The notes below the pieces were generated by a model. The model searched no databases. It was not told the origin of the DNA and was given only the letters and a program-made list of their open reading frames with translations. From positions 5,408,001-5,472,000 of the forward strand of contig CBDCNP010000002.1 in the NCBI GenBank assembly GCA_965219415.1: a stretch of 64,000 nucleotides of DNA. The letters run 5' to 3'. The stretch is from Candidatus Marinacidobacterales bacterium. Lineage in GTDB: Bacteria > Acidobacteriota > Vicinamibacteria > Marinacidobacterales > DATDRI01. The translations under genes were made by a program, and so were the position numbers. Each line of letters starts with the position of its first letter. Position 1 is the stretch's first letter. Below are positions 46,952 through 58,541 of the stretch, one piece after another.

Positions 46952-47047
46952 AGATCGGAAAACTTCTTTCACGCACCGCTGATCGACGCCCCCTAGTGGA
47001 CTGTCTCGCCGACCCGATCGTTGCGAGCTAGGACGCGGCCGTTCGGC

Positions 47048-48134
47048 TGCCTTGGTGCACAACTCCGATAGAGGCCGAGAGCTCGCTTGGCCCCGACTCC
47101 CATCATCCGATCATCTCGCTATCAGGCATCCCGAGCGCCGTCATGGTGTTGAGAATCTTGCACCCGATCCTTGCCTCACCTCTCTGTGCCGCCAACCCTC
47201 TCGCTCGCATCGCTGAGCCCACGATAGCCTTGTAGCGATGGAACGTTGTCTCGACTTTGCTCCGTTTGCTGTAGCCCGATTCTGTGTGCCACTTTCGTTT
47301 GCCGAGCCGAGCTTGTGCTGCAATGTTGCGATTGCGCTGTCGGCTGCTCGCCGGCCCCGATGCGAGCAGGGCGCCCTTGCGCGGCGGTATCAGCACCCTC
47401 GGCGAGCGATGAGCGCTGTGATTCTCGATTGCCTCATAGACGCCGCCGGCGTCGTATGCGGTGTCAGCTCTGGCCGATGAGATGGGACTGTCGATCTGTC
47501 CGACAAGCGATGCAACCCGCGATGAATCGCGGGCTCTTTTGCTCGTCAGCTCGCCGGCGACGACTTCGCCACTCTGCTCGTCGACACACAGATGGAGCTT
47601 GCGATAGTCCCTGCTCTTTTGTGCTCTGCGCAGCTGGCCGGCGTGGACAGCGAGACCGCTGCTGTCGAACAAGATGTGCAACGGCGTCTTCTGCTTGACT
47701 GGGTAGAAGGGGACCTTACCCAGCTTCGGCTTGCGCCTCGAGATCGTGGTGTGATCGGGCACATCACTGTCTAGCTTCATCAGAGCGAACAACGACCGCA
47801 GCAATCCCTCGCTCTGCCTAGATGACAGATGAAACACCATGCCCAGGGTGACAGCCGTCTCGATGGCGTGGTTCGAGTACTTGCGTTGACGGCCCGGTTT
47901 CCTCCTCCTTGGCCGGGGCGCGTCCCAGTTCACAAGCTTGCCGGCGGTGAGCGAGATCCAGACGGTCAGGCTCCCGCGGTTGCGTAGACCCGCCTCATAT
48001 TCACGCCAATTCCTCACGCGATAGGCCTTCTTCACATACTTCCGCTGAGTGCGTTTGAAAATGCTCATGGGGAACCTCGTATCCGCGAGTACAGGACAAT
48101 TGTGGACCGAGATCGAGAGTTGTGCACCAAGGCA
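47048..48134 (-). mobile_element. IS5-family (IS903-like) element, intact transposase 47103-48068
   Basis: TIRs TGCCTTGGTGCACAACTC; YRVRNWREY...RGSLTVW, DSSGL, ADTAYD and YSKRSKVE. Confidence 0.92.
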
Positions 48135-48685
48135 CCGTTCTACTGTTCACGGGCGAGTACCTCCTCCGCCTCGCGGTCGCTGAGCACCGAGTGCAGTTTG
48201 TCCGCAGCTTCTTCGGATTGCTCGATCTCCTCGCGATTCTGCCGTTTTATTTGGGGGTCGGCGTCGATCTCCGTGCCGTGCGGACGTTCCGGTTACTGCG
48301 GTTGATTCGGATCCTGAAATTGGCGCGCTACAGTGCCGCCGTTCGTCGGCTGCACCGCGCTGCCATCATCGTGCGCGAGGAACTCGTGCTCTTCCTCAAC
48401 GTCGCCCTGATTTTGATCTTCCTCTCCGCAGTTGGTATCTACTACTTCGAGTCTGGCAGTCAACCGGAACATTTCGCGTCTGTCTTTCACAGCCTCTGGT
48501 GGGCGATCGTGACCCTGACCACGGTCGGCTACGGCGACGTGTTTCCGATTACCATCGGTGGGCGCGTGTTCACCTTCTTCGTCCTCTTCCTCGGGTTGGG
48601 GATCGTCGCCGTGCCGACTGGACTCTTCGCGTCGGCGCTCTCGAAGGCGCGCGAGGAGGAAGAAGACGCGCATGGGCCACATTGA
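48135..48685 (+). pseudogene. Voltage-gated K+ channel, 5'-truncated
   Basis: S4 RTFRLLRLIRILKLAR; pore TTVGYGD. Confidence 0.88.
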
Positions 48686-49924
48686 GCGGATAGGCGCCCC
48701 GGCGTCTCCAAGATTCAGACCGAGTGTCACCCCCGGTCCCGGCTACCCGTCCTGTCCAAAAACACAAACGAACCCAAGACTTGGCGCGCCGGGCAGTTTC
48801 GATCGTCATCGCCCCGTGGCGAGCCCCAGATCTGGGGTGTGTCGGAGTCAATGTCGGCGATTCGGGTTCCCCGTACGCGCAGGGAAAACACCATCCAGCA
48901 ACGGGATGCCACGCTCCCGGGCGGAGACCTGGCTCCAGGCCCGGGCCGCACCTGGACCAGAACGTGCTAGCCGGCTACGCCGCGGTAGCCCTGGCCTTGA
49001 TTCTGGACTCCTCGGGCGACCTCTTTTCCGACGCTGCACGGCCCTGTCAGCGACCCGCTCCCCCCCTTTGGCGCAAACGTGGCAATCGAAAATCGAGATT
49101 AGAGACCAAAACCGAAAATGAGGCCTCTTCAGCCCTTCTAGCGCGTCTCTGGTGACACCTACCCCTGCCAAACCCCGCCAACCGCGCGAAAAATCTCACC
49201 TGTCTCTGCAGAGCCACAATTTGCCAGACTGGGTGGCGGATGGTGCAGGCTGGAGCCATCCGGTCTCTGTGAAAAGTGTATTGCGAGTTTTGCAAGTCTG
49301 ATGGGGCCCTTTCGCCGCGCGCGTGGTGGGGGCAATGTAGAGAAAACTCAGAGAAGCTCTGGTGCCCACGTCGTGCTATCCTCTTGTTCTACAGTTATTT
49401 AAAGCCATCCGTCACGTGCTGGTCCCCGCACGCCTCATCGACGGGTGGTCGTTCGAGCTTATTTGCGAATTGACAGTCAATCCGATTTTCTAGACGGCAA
49501 TCTCAACCTCCTTGACGCCTGAAAGAGGGCCGTGTCGTAAACTCTCCGACGGAAGCTACACTCGTAAGTCATTGTAGTGAAAAGATCTTACGCCTCATCG
49601 ATGGACGCGTCGTCGACGGGAACTCCTTGCCGACTATCGCAGTCGTAAGGCTCAAGTGGGGGCAAGTGGAGCTATTCGGGTCTTGGCAGCAAACAAGCAG
49701 TAACAGTGCAAAACAGGTCATCAAGGTACAATTGGAGGCCATTTCGGGGCTGCATCGAGCGCTAATCGCTCAGCTAATGGGAAGACGCCGTCGTGTCCAA
49801 AAACACAAACGAACTCAAGACCCATACGCCGCCGATATCATCATCAGTAAGGGGCGATGCCGTTCGCCGACTGATGGAGACCAAGAGCGAGCGTGGCAGC
49901 CGCCGTGGGTTCGCTTACAGCGTG

Positions 49925-51183
49925 TGGGCTTGATCCAGTTTCGTGGACACTTTCTGAAAGGCGGATACGATGTCCACAATGGCAAAGACAACGCAGCCCC
50001 GGCGACCCCGCCGGGAGTTTGATGACGAGTTTAAGGCAGGCGCGGTCCGGCTGGTGCTTGATGAGGGCCAGAGCGTGGGTCGGGTGGCCCGGGAGCTTGA
50101 CCTCACCGAATCGGCGTTTCGCAACTGGGTCCGTCAGGCCCGGGCCGATCGGACGAAGGGCCGGACGGGCTTGACGGGCGTGGAACGCGAGGAGCTTCGG
50201 CGGCTCCGCAAAGAGAATCGGCGGTTGCGGGTGGAGCGCGACGTTTTAAAAAAAGCCGCGGCCTTCTTCGCGAAGGAGAGCGAGTAAGATTCGCGTTCAT
50301 CCAGGCGGAGAAGGCCACCGTACCGGTCGTTCACCTGTGTCAGATTCTCAACGTCTCTCGGAGTGGCTTTTATGCCTGGGTACGTCGGCCGCCGTCGGCC
50401 CACGCGCGCCGGGACCGCCAGTTGCGCGTGTTGATTCGTGCCTCCCATGAGGCGAGTCGCCGCACCTATGGGAGTCCGCGGATTTATCACGACCTGCACG
50501 AGCAGGGGTATCGAGTGAGTCGGGAAGCGGGTGATTCGGTTGAAACAGGCAGAAGGCCTCATTGCTCGAGTACGCAAACGCTTCAAGCGCACGACGGTAA
50601 GCGGTCATGGCCAGCCCGTCGCGGCCAATGTGCTCGGGCAAGACTTCGTCGCCGATGCGCCGAACCAACGGTGGGTCGGGGACACGACCGAGTTCGTGAT
50701 CGGCAGCGGCGGGAAGCTTTATCTCGCGGCGCTCCTCGACCTCTACTCGCGATTCCTCGTTGGGTGGGCCGTAAGTGCTATTAACGACCGTCACCTGGTT
50801 ATCAAGGCGTTGCGGATGGCACTGAAACGTCGCCAACCGGCCGCGGGGCTCTTGCATCACTCCGATCAGGGCAGTCCGTATGCCAGCAAAGACTACCAAC
50901 GTCTCCTTGAGACGCATGGCATGACCGGGAGCATGAGCCGACGGGGCAACTGCTACGACAACGCCGTCATCGAGAGCTGGTTCTCCACGGTCAAGCACGA
51001 GCTTGGGGAGCATTTCCTCAAGTTGCGGCGAGGCCAAGATGGCCCTCTTCGACTTCATCGAGGTATTCTACAACCAGAGACGACGACACTCGACCCTCGG
51101 CCAGGTCAGTCCGGCCGAGTTTGAACGACGGATGAGGACTTCGCCAGCTTAACTAAACCGTCTACGAAACCGGATCAAGCCCA
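49925..51183 (+). mobile_element. IS3-family element, orfB degraded
   Basis: TIRs TGGGCTTGATCC / GGATCAAGCCCA; orfA 49970-50287; WVGDTT, HHSDQGS and DNAVIES with frameshifts. Confidence 0.9.
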
Positions 51184-51416
51184 CTCCCACAAAGCCGAGC
51201 TTTGAGGACTCTCGCAAAAAGTCGATCCAGCGTTGATTGCGCGGTTTAGAGCTGCCATGCTCGGCTGCTTCGTGCCGGTCGACCCGGCGACGCCACCGGT
51301 GTCTTAGGAACGTGGATAGGTTCGCTCGTGGCAGGTCAGTCATCGTGCTCGTTACGATGGTCCGAGCGTTAGTGCACAGCGGGTGTTAGAATCTTGTAGG
51401 CAGGAGGTACTCGCAA

Positions 51417-54209
51417 ATGCACAGCACGTCATGGCGCTCGGCAGGAGTGCTTCTAGCCGCGGCCGTAATGCTCGTCGTCCTAAGACCGGTACCTGGCATC
51501 GCGGGAGTGCAGGTCGCAGAGCTATCTGGCACGGTCACCGACGTGACCGGCCGCGGGCTGCCCGGTGTCGCTGTTCAGGCGCGACCTGCGGGGAGTGCCG
51601 GTCCAATCAAGACCGCCTCGACCGACAGCACTGGCATGTTCACGCTGAGTGCACTCGAGCCTGGTGCCTACAACGTGACATTCTCACGGCCCGGATTCCG
51701 GGAAGTCATATACGATAGAGTGGAAGTCGGGGCGGATGCTGCGACCATCCTCAATGTCCAAATGGCGCTCGAGTTTGAGGAGCAGGTCGTGGTTGTCGGG
51801 AGCCGCGCTCAGCCTCGGTCGGTGACCGAATCGCCCGTCCCGATTGACGCCATCCCGTTCCAGGATGTCGTCAGCCAGGGTTCGACGACGCTCGATTACC
51901 AGCTGCGGACTCTGATCCCCTCATTCAATGTCGCCACGCACCCGATCAGTGATGCGGCGACGCTGGTACGGCCAGCCAGTCTGCGCAATCTCGCGCACGA
52001 CCATACGCTGGTGCTGGTCAACGGCAAGCGCCGGCACCGCTCGTCGGTCATTGCCTGGTTCGCCGGTGTGACGGATGGGGCGCAGGGGCCGGACATTTCG
52101 ACCATTCCATCGATCGCCCTACGACAGGTGGAGGTGCTGCGCGACGGCGCGTCGGCGCAGTACGGTTCGGACGCCATTGCGGGTGTGATGAACTTCCTGC
52201 TCAAGGATGCCCGCGAGGGGGGCAGCTTCGAGTTCAACACCGGCACCTATCGGGCGGGTGACGGTGATGCGTACACCGTCGCGGGCAACGCCGGACTGCC
52301 TTTCGGAGACACTGGATTCGTCAACCTCAGCTTCGAGTACGGCAACGCCGACCCGACCGACCGCAGCGTGCAGCGCGCCGACGCCGACGCGCTCATCGCC
52401 GCCGGCAACACGGTTGTCGCTGATCCGGCACAGGTTTGGGGCAACCCGCGGATCGAAGACGATTTGAAGCTGTTCGCCAACTTCGGCCATCTGTTCTCCA
52501 ACCGGTTGGAGTTCTACGGCCACGCCAACTACGCCGACAAAAAGGTGACGGAGGGATTTTACTTCCGGAATCCCAACACGCGGCAGAACATCTACACACT
52601 CGACGGCGGACAAACTCTGCTCATCGGCGACGTGCTCAAGGCCAGGGGCATGGGCTCGGCTAACTGTCCCACCGTGAAGATCGCCGACAACGTGCCCGAT
52701 CAGGAGGCGCTGTCGCGTGTGTTCGCCGATGACAACTGCTTCTCGTTCCAAGAGATCGCGCGGGGCGGCTTCACGCCACAGTTCGGCGGCGTCGTCACCG
52801 ACATGTCGGTGCTCGCCGGGCTGCGCCGGGTCGCGGCCAACGGTCTGACCTGGGACGTCAGCGCCAGCTACGGCTCCCACCAGTCGGACTTCTTCTTCAG
52901 GAACACCGTCAACGCGTCGCTCGGCCCGGAGACGCCGCGCGACTTCGACCCCGGACTCTACCGGCAGGAGGACGTGAACTTCAATTTTGACGTCTCCTAT
53001 GCCGCCTCGGACCGCGTCAACTTTGCGGCCGGCGCCGAATGGCGCAACGAGGGCTTCACAGTGGGAGCGGGCGGGCGGCCATCCTGGGAGGTGGGGCCGT
53101 ACGCAGCACAGGGGTTCGTCCCAGCGTCAAACGGCTTCCCCGGATTTGCTGATTACACGGCGGGCACATGGAACCGCGTCAATGTCGCATTCTACGGCGA
53201 CGTGGAACTGCGGGGCGGCGAGGATCGATGGTTGGTCGGCGGTGCCGTTCGGGTCGAGCGCTTCGACATCTTCGGCGCGACGATAAACGGCAAGCTGTCT
53301 GCCCGAATTGGACTAAGCGACATCGTCTCGCTACGGGGCGGCGTGAGCACCGGGTTCCGCGCACCGACGCCGGGCCAGCAGAACACGATCAACGTGCAGA
53401 CGACGCTCAACGAACAACTGGAACTCACCGACAGCGGTACCGTCCCCTCCACGTTCGCAGCGGCGGAGCGCCACGGCGCCGTCCCGCTGCGGCCCGAGAC
53501 ATCGCGAAACGTCACCGCAGGGCTCGTGATCGACAACGGTCCGTTCACGCTGACCGCCGACTACTTCCGCGTTGCTATCGCCGATCGTCTGGCCCTGTCG
53601 GGGCTTATCAGCACCGATGTCGAAGATCGCGCTCTCCTGCTGGCCGATGGCATCACCTCCGCCGAATCGCTGACCCTTTTCCGGTTCTTTATCAACGACT
53701 TCTCCACCCGAACCCAGGGGATCGACATCGTCTCCACCTGGACACCGCCCGTGTTCTCCGGCGCCACGGTAGTCAGCTTCACGATGAATCACACGGATAC
53801 GAAAATGACGGAGGAGTCAGATCTGCTCGGCCCAGGCGATGTGCTCGCCCTTGAGCGGGGCGTGCCCAGGACCCGCTGGAACGTCGCCCTCAACCAGCGC
53901 GTGGGGCGGGTGGGTCTGCTCGGCCGTCTGAATTACTACGGCGACTGGGTGGATCTCTTCGATGCGAGGTTCGTCAGCGGCGTCGATGCGCCGATCCTGA
54001 ATGGGCGCCCCATCGTCGACGTGGAGATCAGCGTTCCGTTGGTCGAAGGAGTGACGCTAGCAGTCGGCGGCCAGAACGTCTTCGACACATTCTCGGACCG
54101 GAACGATCTGCTGGCCGGCGCGCTCGGCGTCCCTTACAGCCAGTTCACGCCGTGGGGCTTTAGCGGCGGGTACTACTACGCCCGCATCAACTACCGCTGG
54201 GGCCGGTAG
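51417..54209 (+). CDS. TonB-dependent receptor with carboxypeptidase-regulatory-like N-domain
   Basis: LSGTVTD...LPGVAV...LEPGAYNV, EQVVVVG, plug and barrel; paralog of 26380-29037. Confidence 0.93.
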   Translation: MHSTSWRSAGVLLAAAVMLVVLRPVPGIAGVQVAELSGTVTDVTGRGLPGVAVQARPAGSAGPIKTASTDSTGMFTLSALEPGAYNVTFSRPGFREVIYDRVEVGADAATILNVQMALEFEEQVVVVGSRAQPRSVTESPVPIDAIPFQDVVSQGSTTLDYQLRTLIPSFNVATHPISDAATLVRPASLRNLAHDHTLVLVNGKRRHRSSVIAWFAGVTDGAQGPDISTIPSIALRQVEVLRDGASAQYGSDAIAGVMNFLLKDAREGGSFEFNTGTYRAGDGDAYTVAGNAGLPFGDTGFVNLSFEYGNADPTDRSVQRADADALIAAGNTVVADPAQVWGNPRIEDDLKLFANFGHLFSNRLEFYGHANYADKKVTEGFYFRNPNTRQNIYTLDGGQTLLIGDVLKARGMGSANCPTVKIADNVPDQEALSRVFADDNCFSFQEIARGGFTPQFGGVVTDMSVLAGLRRVAANGLTWDVSASYGSHQSDFFFRNTVNASLGPETPRDFDPGLYRQEDVNFNFDVSYAASDRVNFAAGAEWRNEGFTVGAGGRPSWEVGPYAAQGFVPASNGFPGFADYTAGTWNRVNVAFYGDVELRGGEDRWLVGGAVRVERFDIFGATINGKLSARIGLSDIVSLRGGVSTGFRAPTPGQQNTINVQTTLNEQLELTDSGTVPSTFAAAERHGAVPLRPETSRNVTAGLVIDNGPFTLTADYFRVAIADRLALSGLISTDVEDRALLLADGITSAESLTLFRFFINDFSTRTQGIDIVSTWTPPVFSGATVVSFTMNHTDTKMTEESDLLGPGDVLALERGVPRTRWNVALNQRVGRVGLLGRLNYYGDWVDLFDARFVSGVDAPILNGRPIVDVEISVPLVEGVTLAVGGQNVFDTFSDRNDLLAGALGVPYSQFTPWGFSGGYYYARINYRWGR

Positions 54210-54219
54210 GTGGCACAGC

Positions 54220-54706
54220 CGTTTGGTCAAAATACTCGAAGGCCCATTGGGTCAGCAGTTTGCACCTTTCCAAAGGCTGCTTGAATCCGCCATCGCGGTC
54301 GGATACGTATTCCAGTTCAGCGGAAGGAGCTGCGATGGACTGGAAGACCATGCTGAGGTACATCTCAGGGTCGGTGGATGAGGAGTTGCTCCTGCGCAAC
54401 GAGTATCTTATGGCCGAGAATCGAGTTCTTCGAAATCAGATCCAGGTGTGCTCCGCAAGAAGTCGATCCGGCGTTGATTGCCAAGGCAAGAGAATCTGCT
54501 GCTGTTCCCAGCCAGCGACCAGTTACCTCAGTCCGAGCGCAAGGTGCGCTCCCGTGAACGGCTTGGCGGGTTGCTACGTTTCTACTATCGGGAAGCCGCA
54601 TGAGTATTTTGACCTCACGGGTGCGACATCGACCCCGTCTGGTCAAAATATTCGAACGCCCAGCGGGTCAGCAGTTTGCACCTTTCCAAAGAGGCTGCTT
54701 GAATCC
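54220..54706 (+). mobile_element. Family-C deleted element containing a D end (54220-54619), then another C left end (54636-54706)
   Basis: Same ends as 2760-3018 and 13871. Confidence 0.8.
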
Positions 54707-56134
54707 CGACCTGTGCCAAAACTCGGCCCTTTTGAAATAGGCCATAAATCAGCAGCTTAGTGTCTGTGTTTGCGCCGGGGCCAAGGGCCGTAGGCTTTAC
54801 AATCGTCTGGCCCGAGGGTGTTATCTTCAGATCCATGATGACGTACCACGTGCAATTCCTACTGCTCGTTCTAGCTGGCTGGGTCAACCGCCAGCAGCAG
54901 GATGTGATCGACTACCTGCAAGAGGAGAACCGTGTGCTCCGAGCCGGGCTTCGGGGCAAGCGTCCCAGTCTCTCGGACGACGACCGGCGCAGGCTCGCGG
55001 TCAAGGCCCAGGCTTTGGGCCGCGAGGCGCTGGCCCAGATTGCGTCCGTTGCCACACCCGCTGCGCTTGTGCGCTGGTACCGCCACCTCATCGCAGCCAA
55101 GTACGATGGCAGCAAGAACCGGAGTCCAGGCCGACCTCCGACGGCGAAGGACATCCGTGAGCTCATTGTGCGCGTGGCGCGGGAGAACCCGACGTGGGGA
55201 TGTACGCGCCTGCGAGGCGCACTCAAGAACCTAGGACATGAACTCGGACGCAATACTATCAAGAGGATCCTCGCCGAGCACGTATCGCTCCTGCGCCGGA
55301 GCGGGGCAGGAGCATGTCGTGGAGCACCTTCATCAAGGCTCATTGGGGCGCCATCGCTGCGACAGACCTGTTCCCCGTCGAGGTGGTGAACCCGTTCGGG
55401 CTCGTCCGCTACCATGTCCTGTTTGTCATCGATATCGCCACTCGCTGCGTGTGCATCGGTGGGATAACGTCGGACCCCAACGGGGAGTGGATGAAGCAGG
55501 TGGCAAGAAACCTCACTGACCTGTGGGATGGTTTCCTCCTTGGCAAGCGATACCTCATCCACGACCGGGACCCGCTATTCACCGAGGCGGTACGTGGGCT
55601 GTTGAGAGATTCAGGCGTGAAGCCCCTTCGCCTTCCCGCTAATAGTCCGAATCTGAACGCATATGCGGAAAGATTCGTTCTCTCCATACGTCGAGAGTGT
55701 CTCGACCGCTTCGTACCTCTCAGTGAGCGACACCTGCGCACAGCGGTAACCGAATACGTAGTGCCACTATCACACAGAACGGAACCACCAAGGTCTCGGC
55801 AACGAGCTCCTCACACCTCTGCCGGCAAGCGCGAATGACGCTGGCCCCATCGTGTCGCGAGAGCGACTTGGGGGCATTCTCAACTACTACTGCCGTGCCG
55901 CGTAGATGGTCGCCGGCGACGGTAGCCACTCGGCGGGCTCGACCGGCGTAGCGTGGAAACCGCTCCAGGAACACGCTTCGATATTCGCTCTCGACTAGGT
56001 GGTCATCTGCATGGTGACGACCCGCCCGCCCAAGACGATTGTAAAGCCCACGGCCCTTGGCCCGGTCGCAAACACAGACACTAAGTTGCTGATTTATGGC
56101 CTATTTCAAAAGGGCCGAGTTTTGGCACAGGACG
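54707..56134 (+). mobile_element. Family-B rve element, full length, ~100-bp TIRs, frameshifted integrase (~54835-55905)
   Basis: 54707-~54808 is the reverse complement of ~56033-56134 with few mismatches; [11 protein letters not shown] and RERLGGILNYY. Confidence 0.9.
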
Positions 56135-56360
56135 GGGTAGACCCGGCCGCGGTGTCGGATACGGCCGGCGTAGAGCGGATTGCTCAGCAGGCAGTGGAGG
56201 TGTCCGCGGCGGAACGGCAGACCGCCTGTCCGCGTTTCATCAGCGGCAAGCCGTTGCTTGGTGCGCAGTCCCAGACGGTCCGCCTCGGCCTTCACCTGCC
56301 GGAGCGTTCCGTGCTTCCGGTACAGCGCATAGAGTGTCCGGACCTTTTCGGCCTCAGCCT
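56135..56360 (-). pseudogene. Large serine recombinase, recombinase-domain scrap
   Basis: FRRGHLHCLLSNPLYAGRIRHRG. Confidence 0.7.
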
Positions 56361-56479
56361 GGTACTGTCAAGTTGACGAAAAACTAGCTGACCGACCCTC
56401 AAGATACTGTGTTCGAGCCCGTCGTGAACCCGCCATGTTGGGCATCAGGAACGGCTGTCAGCCTCAACCTGACAGTACC
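56361..56479. mobile_element. 119-bp IS6-type MITE
   Basis: GGTACTGTCAAGTTGA / TCAACCTGACAGTACC. Confidence 0.8.
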
Positions 56480-56542
56480 GACGTGCGAGCTTGAGAACCC
56501 AGGCTTTGTGTTCCAGAGAATCGTGGGAGTAGGAGATGAACA

Positions 56543-58525
56543 CTATCGGTTCGGCCCCTCATCACACGACGCGTTTATGCACCACGCGCGTTCATGGAGG
56601 GCGCTCCATTTACCGCCCGCCTTCACCCGCGCCTTGATCGTCGTTCGAGATCCCCGAAGCTTGATCTCTTCTACCTCCTTAGCGAGACAAGCCGTCGGGG
56701 CCACTTCTCCTCCCGGTAAACGAGGATCGCCCCCGTTGACGGTATAGAAGATCCGCCCTCTCGGATTGGGATTGCGTAGGCGAGTCGAGGGAGTGTTCAG
56801 AAACCCTGGACGGGGGGTATCGAACTCGGGCGGATCGAGGCGCGGATAATAGCCTTCCCGGCGCAGCGATGCAATGAATCGTTCGACGCTTCCATCCATC
56901 ATCTTTTCGACCTTCTCGACCTCCGGGTAGAAAGTGTTCTCTCGAGTACGCACCGTCGCGCCCAGCGCACTTCGCGCATCTCCCCAACGAGCGGATTCCG
57001 CTACAACCGCGTCCTCGATGAAATCGTTGAGAGCCCGCCACCTCACTATCGAATTCTCCTCGGTGAGGGCGCCATCGCGAAAGCAGTGTTTGAAAACTCG
57101 ATCGATGAAAAGGGTCATGTACTCTGAACTCTTTCTGAGTCCGTGCCAGATTCCTACCATCGCCCGGTCATGCCGATCCTCCGACGAGCGAAACGGTTTC
57201 TGAAGGTTCCAGGCGGAGCCAGGGTCGCGGCGAGCGCCATCGGGGCGGCGCGCACCCACCCAGCTCACCTCCGCATCCCATACGAAGAATCGAAACGGCG
57301 AACTGGGGTGATTTCGATTGCCTCCGTACCAGTTGTTCCTCGGCCAGTCGCCGAAGCCGGCCATGAACGCCAGAATCATGTAGTCCGCGAACCACTCGAG
57401 ATCGAGATACCCTTGCATCTCCTGATAGTTGGCCGGGTTACGAAGATCCTTGTCCTTGAGCGTTCCCCGAAGGTAATCCCACCGACTTGGGTCCCCTTGG
57501 AAGGGCCCGCGATGGTTGACCGCGAACCAATCGTCTTTGGCGCCTCCGAACGTTGCCGACGTGAACCAGGCGTCCGGCCGCTCGCAGGCGTTATAAAGTC
57601 CCCAGTAAAGACCGTTGATATACAGATGCACGAATGTCCCGTGTGAACCGGCCCCAGACATCGCGATCTGGGAGTCGCGAGCCCACTGGTCTCGGACATA
57701 CGTTGTCCGGTGTGGCATGAAATGCATGGCGAACGAACGGATGGTTCCGGAGCGCAAAATGATTCGGTCCAAGGTGTCGGTCGCCGAGTCACGGTTCCAC
57801 ACCGCGTAGTCCTGGAAGAAAGTCGTCTTCAGCTTCGCCGACCCGAACTCTCTCTGGAACTTGAGCTTCAAAGAACGTTTCACCGCTGCGTCGGCGTGGG
57901 ACTCAAGCGCACAATTCGTTTGGAAGCTTCGCTCTGACCGGTCGGGATAGATGAACTCCACAGACGCCTTTCGCGTGGGCCCGACGCCCCCGCTCGCGAA
58001 GTAGATCCCGTTCGCCCCGAACATAGCTCTCCGGTTAACCGCCAAGGACAGCGTCGGGATGGCTTTCAAGCCTCGAATGAGCGCCGCCCTCTGACTTGGC
58101 TCATTGACGATGCGGGGGTCCATCTCGTAGTCGAGCTCGACCATGGTGTCCCTTCCCGCGTTGAGCACCGGGTTGGGATAGCCCGCGATCTGCTTGGGCT
58201 GCCGGATGACGTCGTCCAAGAAGATGTAGGTTTGGGTATCTACGTTGCTTGGCACTTTGCCCGGGGCGTAGGCGACCGCACGAAGCACGGTCGTCTTGGC
58301 TATGTCGACCGAGACCGGGTTAACCTCGCCCTTGCCATGGTCGGGTCTGGGGAGGCTACCGTCTGTGGTGTACCGGATGAGAGAGCCTTCCGTTTTGGAT
58401 TGGATAACCACGGTGAACCCGGCGGAGTAAAACCCTCGCTTGTAGTTAAATCTCGTATCGGCGACCTGCTGCATCGGAGTGGCGAGGCCAGAAACGAGGA
58501 ACAGCGGCAACGCGAGCCAACTCAT
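56543..58525 (-). CDS. CotH-family kinase with Fn3-associated/chitobiase-like domains, secreted
   Basis: IRYTTDGSLP, HLYINGLYWGLYNACER, DWPRNNWY, FFVWDAE and ESARWGD; ATG at 58525. Confidence 0.88.
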   Translation of the reverse strand: MSWLALPLFLVSGLATPMQQVADTRFNYKRGFYSAGFTVVIQSKTEGSLIRYTTDGSLPRPDHGKGEVNPVSVDIAKTTVLRAVAYAPGKVPSNVDTQTYIFLDDVIRQPKQIAGYPNPVLNAGRDTMVELDYEMDPRIVNEPSQRAALIRGLKAIPTLSLAVNRRAMFGANGIYFASGGVGPTRKASVEFIYPDRSERSFQTNCALESHADAAVKRSLKLKFQREFGSAKLKTTFFQDYAVWNRDSATDTLDRIILRSGTIRSFAMHFMPHRTTYVRDQWARDSQIAMSGAGSHGTFVHLYINGLYWGLYNACERPDAWFTSATFGGAKDDWFAVNHRGPFQGDPSRWDYLRGTLKDKDLRNPANYQEMQGYLDLEWFADYMILAFMAGFGDWPRNNWYGGNRNHPSSPFRFFVWDAEVSWVGARRPDGARRDPGSAWNLQKPFRSSEDRHDRAMVGIWHGLRKSSEYMTLFIDRVFKHCFRDGALTEENSIVRWRALNDFIEDAVVAESARWGDARSALGATVRTRENTFYPEVEKVEKMMDGSVERFIASLRREGYYPRLDPPEFDTPRPGFLNTPSTRLRNPNPRGRIFYTVNGGDPRLPGGEVAPTACLAKEVEEIKLRGSRTTIKARVKAGGKWSALHERAWCINASCDEGPNR

Positions 58526-58541
58526 CGGCCTGATTATAGGC

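Noticed and set aside
47039-48143. CCGTTCGGC/CCGTTCTAC as an IS5 TSD
   Set aside because: Only 6 consecutive bases match and the flanks come from different genes.
49653-49673. AAGTGG repeats with 10-bp spacing as MraZ boxes
   Set aside because: There are only two repeats and no mraZ follows.
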